From contig CAZNJA010000040.1 in NCBI GenBank assembly GCA_964573245.1, positions 1 through 12,197 on the forward strand: 12,197 nt of DNA. The letters run 5' to 3'. Numbering within the stretch: the first letter of the stretch is position 1; every line of letters begins with the position of its first letter. Made by a program: the position numbers and the translations under genes. Source of the stretch: an uncultured bacterium. GTDB taxonomy: Bacteria; CAIJMQ01. Shown here piece by piece: positions 8,361-12,197 of this stretch. Under the pieces are notes generated by a model that saw only the letters and a list, made by a program, of their open reading frames with translations, was not told the origin of the DNA and searched no databases.

Positions 8361-8966
8361 TTAAGTTTTTACTTTGGAAATAAATCCGCTTCCTTTTATA
8401 AAAAACCTCCAAGGATAGTGTTTGGCTTCACCTACGTAATCTATCCCAATTCTTGGCGCAGAAATAATAAGAGAAGGGTTGACTTTGTCTCCTTTAAGTA
8501 GATAGAGTTTATTCCCGCACAAGTTCTCGCCATATAAATCTTTGGTTATCCCCATTGCCTGACATAATTTCCCGGGACCATTGCTAAGATTACGAAAATT
8601 GTCGAGTGAATATATTTTTCTCCTCTTTTCCATAATTTCGATACCTTCTACCGGTTCAACTGCTCTTATGAGGACACAATATGGCTCCCCTTTTTTCCCA
8701 CATACAATATTAAAACAGAAATACACTCCATAAATCTGATAGATATATGCATATCCGCCTTCTTTATAATGAACTTTAGTTCTCTCTGTCATACCTACCC
8801 CGTAGGTATGAGAAGCGGGGTCGTCTTCGCCCAAATATGCTTCCGTCTCCACTATTTTGCCTACTGTTTTCCCTAAAGGTGATTCATGTACAAGATATTT
8901 GCCAAGAAGTTTTTTACTTAGAGTTAGAGCATCCTGAAGATAAAATTTTTTGGGCAGTTTTCGCAT
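8361..8966 (-). CDS. mpg: DNA-3-methyladenine glycosylase (MPG/AAG family)
   Basis: 201 aa with LLGKYLV, GKIVETEAYLG.DDPASH, AYIYQIYG...CFNIV, VLIRAVEP, NGPGKLCQAMGI and PRIGI...PWRF. Its start overlaps the ispH stop (TAATG). Confidence 0.96.
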   Translation of the reverse strand: MRKLPKKFYLQDALTLSKKLLGKYLVHESPLGKTVGKIVETEAYLGEDDPASHTYGVGMTERTKVHYKEGGYAYIYQIYGVYFCFNIVCGKKGEPYCVLIRAVEPVEGIEIMEKRRKIYSLDNFRNLSNGPGKLCQAMGITKDLYGENLCGNKLYLLKGDKVNPSLIISAPRIGIDYVGEAKHYPWRFFIKGSGFISKVKT

Positions 8967-9808
8967 TAAAGATTAGAGATTTTCTCTTTGATTTTCTCAA
9001 TCATCCAGAGTGGCGTGGACGCACCGGCAGTAATTCCCACTTTCTTACAATCCTTAAACCATTTTGCTTTAAGTTCATCTACGCTCTCAACCTGATATGC
9101 TGTTTTTTTGTTTCTTAAACAAAGCTCCAGCAACCTGCGTGTATTTGCGCTGTTATGCCCGCCTATCACAAGCATTACGTCAACTTTTCCTAAAAGTTCG
9201 AGCGTGGACGATTGTCTTTTTCTCGTAGCATCGCAAATAGTATTAATTATTTTTACTTTTTCCGATTGTTTTTTTGCTTTTGAAACAACCTGTTGAAAAA
9301 TCTCTTTGCTCATGGTGGTTTGAGACATTATTCCACAAAAGCCAAAAGTTCTATTTGGCAGTTCGGCGGCATTTTTAACTACGATGACATTACCCTGCAA
9401 AAACGGCAATATCCCGCGAATTTCAGGATGTTTTTCATCTCCGACTATTATCAACTGCTCGCATATTTCGTTAAGTTTTATAGCTTCTCTGCGCGCTTTT
9501 TTTACCAATGGGCACGTTGCGTCAATAATCTCTTCCACATTTATTTTTTTCAAGACTAAAGGCGAAATTCCGTGGGAAGGGATAATAACTTTTTTATTGT
9601 TTAGAAATTTGAAATTATTTACGGCTATAACGCCCTCTTTTCTCATCTTTTCCACCATCGGAGGATTATGTATAAGAGCACCCAGCGTATAAACTTTGCC
9701 GCCTTTTGCCGCATCGAGAGCTATTTTTATGGCTCTTTTCACTCCGAAACAAAACCCTGCATTTTTAGCAACGATTATTTTCACTCTATTTTTCTTTGTT
9801 TTTCCCAT
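8966..9808 (-). CDS. ispH: 4-hydroxy-3-methylbut-2-enyl diphosphate reductase (MEP pathway)
   Basis: 280 aa with three Fe-S cysteines in AGFCFGVKRA, DATCPLV and NTICDAT. Also LIHN, SHG, HPE, SQTT, IGGHNSANT and GITAGASTP. Confidence 0.97.
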   Translation of the reverse strand: MGKTKKNRVKIIVAKNAGFCFGVKRAIKIALDAAKGGKVYTLGALIHNPPMVEKMRKEGVIAVNNFKFLNNKKVIIPSHGISPLVLKKINVEEIIDATCPLVKKARREAIKLNEICEQLIIVGDEKHPEIRGILPFLQGNVIVVKNAAELPNRTFGFCGIMSQTTMSKEIFQQVVSKAKKQSEKVKIINTICDATRKRQSSTLELLGKVDVMLVIGGHNSANTRRLLELCLRNKKTAYQVESVDELKAKWFKDCKKVGITAGASTPLWMIEKIKEKISNL

Positions 9809-10211
9809 GTTCCAAAACCCTTAAAATATACGGCAGTGTGTCTTTTTTGAACTGGCTCAACTTTTTTTCGTATATAAACAATGCGTAAAAGGTCAGAACA
9901 AAAGTTATGGCTCCCGCAACGACAGACAACGTTTCACTGCGGCTAAAAAACCATGCAAAAAAATATCCGACCAAAAAAGCCATTATCGGCAAAATAAAAA
10001 CCGAAAAGCTCGACTTGGAAATCATTCCATCGGGAATAAAAACTTCTACCCTGTCGCCGATTTTCGCACCGATATTATTGCCAACTATTAGAGTTCTTTG
10101 TCCCCCATTGCCAACGATGCAAATTCTGCACTTATCGCAATGTTTGCCTGTGCTTAAATTAATGATTGTTTTATCTCCTTCTATCTTTATAACTTTTCCC
10201 GTCTCTAACAT
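9786..10211 (-). CDS. RseC/MucC family membrane protein (SoxR-reducing system RseC-like)
   Basis: MLETGKVIKI...CDKCRIC...NNIGAKIGDRVEV, followed by two transmembrane helices. The start is reassigned from TTG 10235 to ATG 10211, which has RBS AGGGAGGA (10222-10229), giving 141 aa. It overlaps ispH by 23 bp. Confidence 0.88.
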   Translation of the reverse strand: MLETGKVIKIEGDKTIINLSTGKHCDKCRICIVGNGGQRTLIVGNNIGAKIGDRVEVFIPDGMISKSSFSVFILPIMAFLVGYFFAWFFSRSETLSVVAGAITFVLTFYALFIYEKKLSQFKKDTLPYILRVLEHGKNKEK

Positions 10212-10287
10212 ACCGTAAAATTCCTCCCTTAACAAAACACTTTCAATAATGTATTATATACGAAATTTTTAAATGAAGTGCTATTTA

Positions 10288-10346
10288 TCCCGACGAGTTC
10301 CGAGAAATTATCCTAAGAGAATTTCTTGGTATTTTACGAGTCGGGA
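10288..10346. other. Intergenic nested inverted repeat (59-nt stem-loop)
   Basis: Outer stem TCCCGAC (10288-10294)/GTCGGGA (10340-10346) and inner stem CCGAGAAATT (10300-10309)/AATTTCTTGG (10320-10329, one G-U pair). Confidence 0.65.
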
Positions 10347-10385
10347 AAACCCGTAGAGATTATCGAAGAAAAGGAGATTTTGGAG

Positions 10386-11018
10386 ATGGTGGATTTGCAA
10401 AAAATAGCAGATGGCGTAATTAAAGGGCAGGCAGAAGAGGTGGGAAAATTTATTCAACAAGCATTAGATGAGAACATCCCCCCCAAAGAAATATTGGACA
10501 ATGGATTAATAGCGGGAATGAATGTTATAGGTAAAAGATTTAAAAATAACGAGGTTTATGTTCCCGAAGTTTTAATCGCGGCCAGGGCAATGCATAGAGG
10601 AATGGATGTGTTAAAACCCGTGCTTGTGAAATCCGGCGTTCAGCCGATAGCAAAAATAGCCGTAGGCACCGTCAAAGGCGATTTGCATGACATCGGCAAA
10701 AATTTAGTGGTAATGATGCTTCAAGGTGCAGGTTTCGAAACAACTGATTTGGGTATAGATTTGGCACCCGAAAGATTTGTGGAAGCGGCAAAGCAAGGTA
10801 ATCAAATCATAGGTTTAAGCGCCTTGCTTACCACAAGTATGCCGGCAATGAAAAAAGTAATAGATGCTTTTAAAGAAACGGGCGTAAGAGACAATATAAA
10901 AATCATGGTAGGAGGAGCACCCGTAACCCAGGAATATGCAGATGAAATAGGCGCCGACGGCTACGCACCGGATGCGGCATCTGCCGTAGATAAGGCAAAG
11001 GAACTACTCAACCTATAA
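10386..11018 (+). CDS. Cobalamin-binding corrinoid protein of a methyltransferase system (MtbC/MttC/MetH B12-domain-like)
   Basis: Cap domain GLIAGM..IG.RFKNNEVYVPEVLIAARAM and B12 motifs GTVKGDLHDIGKNLV, GLSALLT and VGGAP...IGADGY. The start is reassigned to ATG 10386, after RBS AAGGAG (10371-10376), giving 210 aa. Confidence 0.95.
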   Translation: MVDLQKIADGVIKGQAEEVGKFIQQALDENIPPKEILDNGLIAGMNVIGKRFKNNEVYVPEVLIAARAMHRGMDVLKPVLVKSGVQPIAKIAVGTVKGDLHDIGKNLVVMMLQGAGFETTDLGIDLAPERFVEAAKQGNQIIGLSALLTTSMPAMKKVIDAFKETGVRDNIKIMVGGAPVTQEYADEIGADGYAPDAASAVDKAKELLNL

Positions 11019-11080
11019 TTCTAATTTTTTAGTTTTACAACGAATTAGAAAAGTCGCCTGTTTTACTTTCTCTATATATT

Positions 11081-11896
11081 TCATTCAAAATTATACAACA
11101 CATTTAATACCTCGCCTGTATATTTATCTATGAATATTCTTACTTTATCTCCATCTTGCAAAGATTTAGTAACTATATGCCATCTATTATTTTCGTCATA
11201 AATATTAATATTATTCCATTCCCATCCAGATTTCTTACATATCATCTGGGCAATCTTTAAAATCTCTGCTTTTGAGATACCTTTCTTCTCCACTACCTCT
11301 ATGGTGATGGGGTTGGAAGTAAGGGTGCCCTGCCATTTATCTTTTAAAAATTCAAACCATTCTTCTGAGGAAAATCCGGAGAGTTCTTCTGCAGCTTCAG
11401 CACTACTTCTAAAAAGCACTTGAATCTTACATTTTGCACTGTTGTCACCTAAATAGAAACGATTTGATAATAGCTGGATAAAAGTGCCGTAAACCGTAAT
11501 ATATTCTCCTTTTTTGGGAGTTTTATCAGGTGGCGGGATATATCCTGTTCTTTTCGAAATTTTTCCGATGAAAGAATACTGTAGCATTTCTTTGGGCTTT
11601 AGAGAAATCAGTTTTGTAGGGCCTGCTTCTATTTGGACACCTTCTATAGGATAATGTTTTCCGTTATTATCTTTAATAACTATGTAAAAACTAACATTCT
11701 CATTAGCATTCATATAAAATTTTACAACTTCATCGCTAACATTTTTAATCTCTGCAGTAAGTTTTATCTCATCTCCCACCCCATACACTTCCTTATCAGA
11801 TTTGATGGTAAGTTGAAGGGATGACTCTTGACAATATCCTATTAAAGAGGTTAAAAGGAAAATTGAAATTAGTATTAATATTCTATGATTTTGCAT
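11081..11896 (-). CDS. Hypothetical secreted protein with an Ig-like beta-sandwich and a PepSY-like C-terminal domain
   Basis: 271 aa, AT-rich, with a signal peptide. The segment LQLTIKSDKEVY.VGDEIKLTAEIKN ... WQGTLTSNPITIEV has a beta-sandwich pattern, and ISKAEILKIA...WHIV...IFIDKYTGEV has a PepSY-like pattern. Confidence 0.75.
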   Translation of the reverse strand: MQNHRILILISIFLLTSLIGYCQESSLQLTIKSDKEVYGVGDEIKLTAEIKNVSDEVVKFYMNANENVSFYIVIKDNNGKHYPIEGVQIEAGPTKLISLKPKEMLQYSFIGKISKRTGYIPPPDKTPKKGEYITVYGTFIQLLSNRFYLGDNSAKCKIQVLFRSSAEAAEELSGFSSEEWFEFLKDKWQGTLTSNPITIEVVEKKGISKAEILKIAQMICKKSGWEWNNINIYDENNRWHIVTKSLQDGDKVRIFIDKYTGEVLNVLYNFE

Positions 11897-11940
11897 TTTT
11901 AATTTTTATGATTTTTTCACATCCAGCGATAAAAAATCAG

Positions 11941-12014
11941 CGTCCCCAGGAGGAGTCGAACCTCCAACCTACGGATCCGAAGTCCGTCGCTCTATCCAAT
12001 TGAGCTACAGGCGC
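11941..12014 (-). tRNA. tRNA-Arg (anticodon UCG) with a defective acceptor stem; possible pseudo-tRNA
   Basis: Minus strand GCGCCTG TA GCTC AATTGGATA GAGC G ACGGA CTTCGGA TCCGT AGGTT GGAGG TTCGACT CCTCC TGGGGAC G. The D, anticodon (TCG at 11978-11980) and T arms pair perfectly. No CCA is encoded. Confidence 0.9.
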
Positions 12015-12104
12015 AAATTCCATAAGTATTTTATTAATCAGCACTTCGAAGAATGGACTGAACCGTTATTTTTTCTCTTTTTTCGTTATTCTTCGTTTCT
12101 AATA

Positions 12105-12131
12105 AGTATATCATTTTTTGACGAAAGTCAA
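12105..12131 (-). promoter_or_regulatory. Putative promoter upstream of the tRNA
   Basis: Minus strand TTGACT (12126-12131), a 15-bp spacer, then TATACT (12105-12110) with an extended -10 TGn. The spacer is shorter than optimal. Confidence 0.45.
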
Positions 12132-12197
12132 TATCTTACCATTTCAAATTTAACAAAGGGAATTCTCCTTTGACTTACCCAGTTATACAAAGTTCCT

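Noticed and set aside
2551-10218. Numerous short ORFs (60-121 aa) antisense to or nested within GH95, the esterase, mpg, ispH and rseC
   Set aside because: They are shadows of well-supported genes and have no recognisable motifs.
10261-10385. Cobalamin or SAM-I riboswitch ahead of the corrinoid gene
   Set aside because: There is no B12-box or other cobalamin consensus. TTATCC...GAG superficially recalls SAM-I, but the GGCAACC and GGTGC core motifs are missing.
10326-10385. N-terminal extension of the corrinoid protein given in the ORF track
   Set aside because: The TTG start lies inside the hairpin with no RBS. ATG 10386 has AAGGAG and gives the typical size of about 210 aa.
11054-11060. 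TCGCCTG as the displaced original tRNA 3' end (att site)
   Set aside because: Only 6 nt match the expected CAGGCGC, there is no T-arm remnant, and the same word recurs at 11112-11118, so chance is likely.
11821-12003. 60-aa plus-strand ORF
   Set aside because: It is an antisense reading of the tRNA and of the start of the 271-aa gene.

Overview
Bacterial window from a low-to-moderate GC genome, probably an anaerobe; the taxon cannot be fixed from sequence alone. From left to right: a 7-mer-based imperfect inverted-repeat block (about 5-208), an MFS transporter that looks leaderless, a small GFLGF-rich membrane protein and a secreted hypothetical protein. A minus-strand pair of secreted carbohydrate enzymes follows: a GH95 alpha-L-fucosidase and a 1133-aa fusion of a sialate O-acetylesterase-type SGNH esterase with a CE15 glucuronoyl esterase. 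Then come an overlapping rseC-like/ispH/mpg operon, a divergent stand-alone corrinoid protein, an AT-rich secreted protein and a tRNA-Arg(UCG) with a defective acceptor stem. The most unusual signal is a set of three 22-30 bp GC-rich hairpins that all start GCYCGCCY and all look inserted, one of them in frame inside the esterase gene (peptide ARLDATESQR). No transposase, integrase or CRISPR array is visible.
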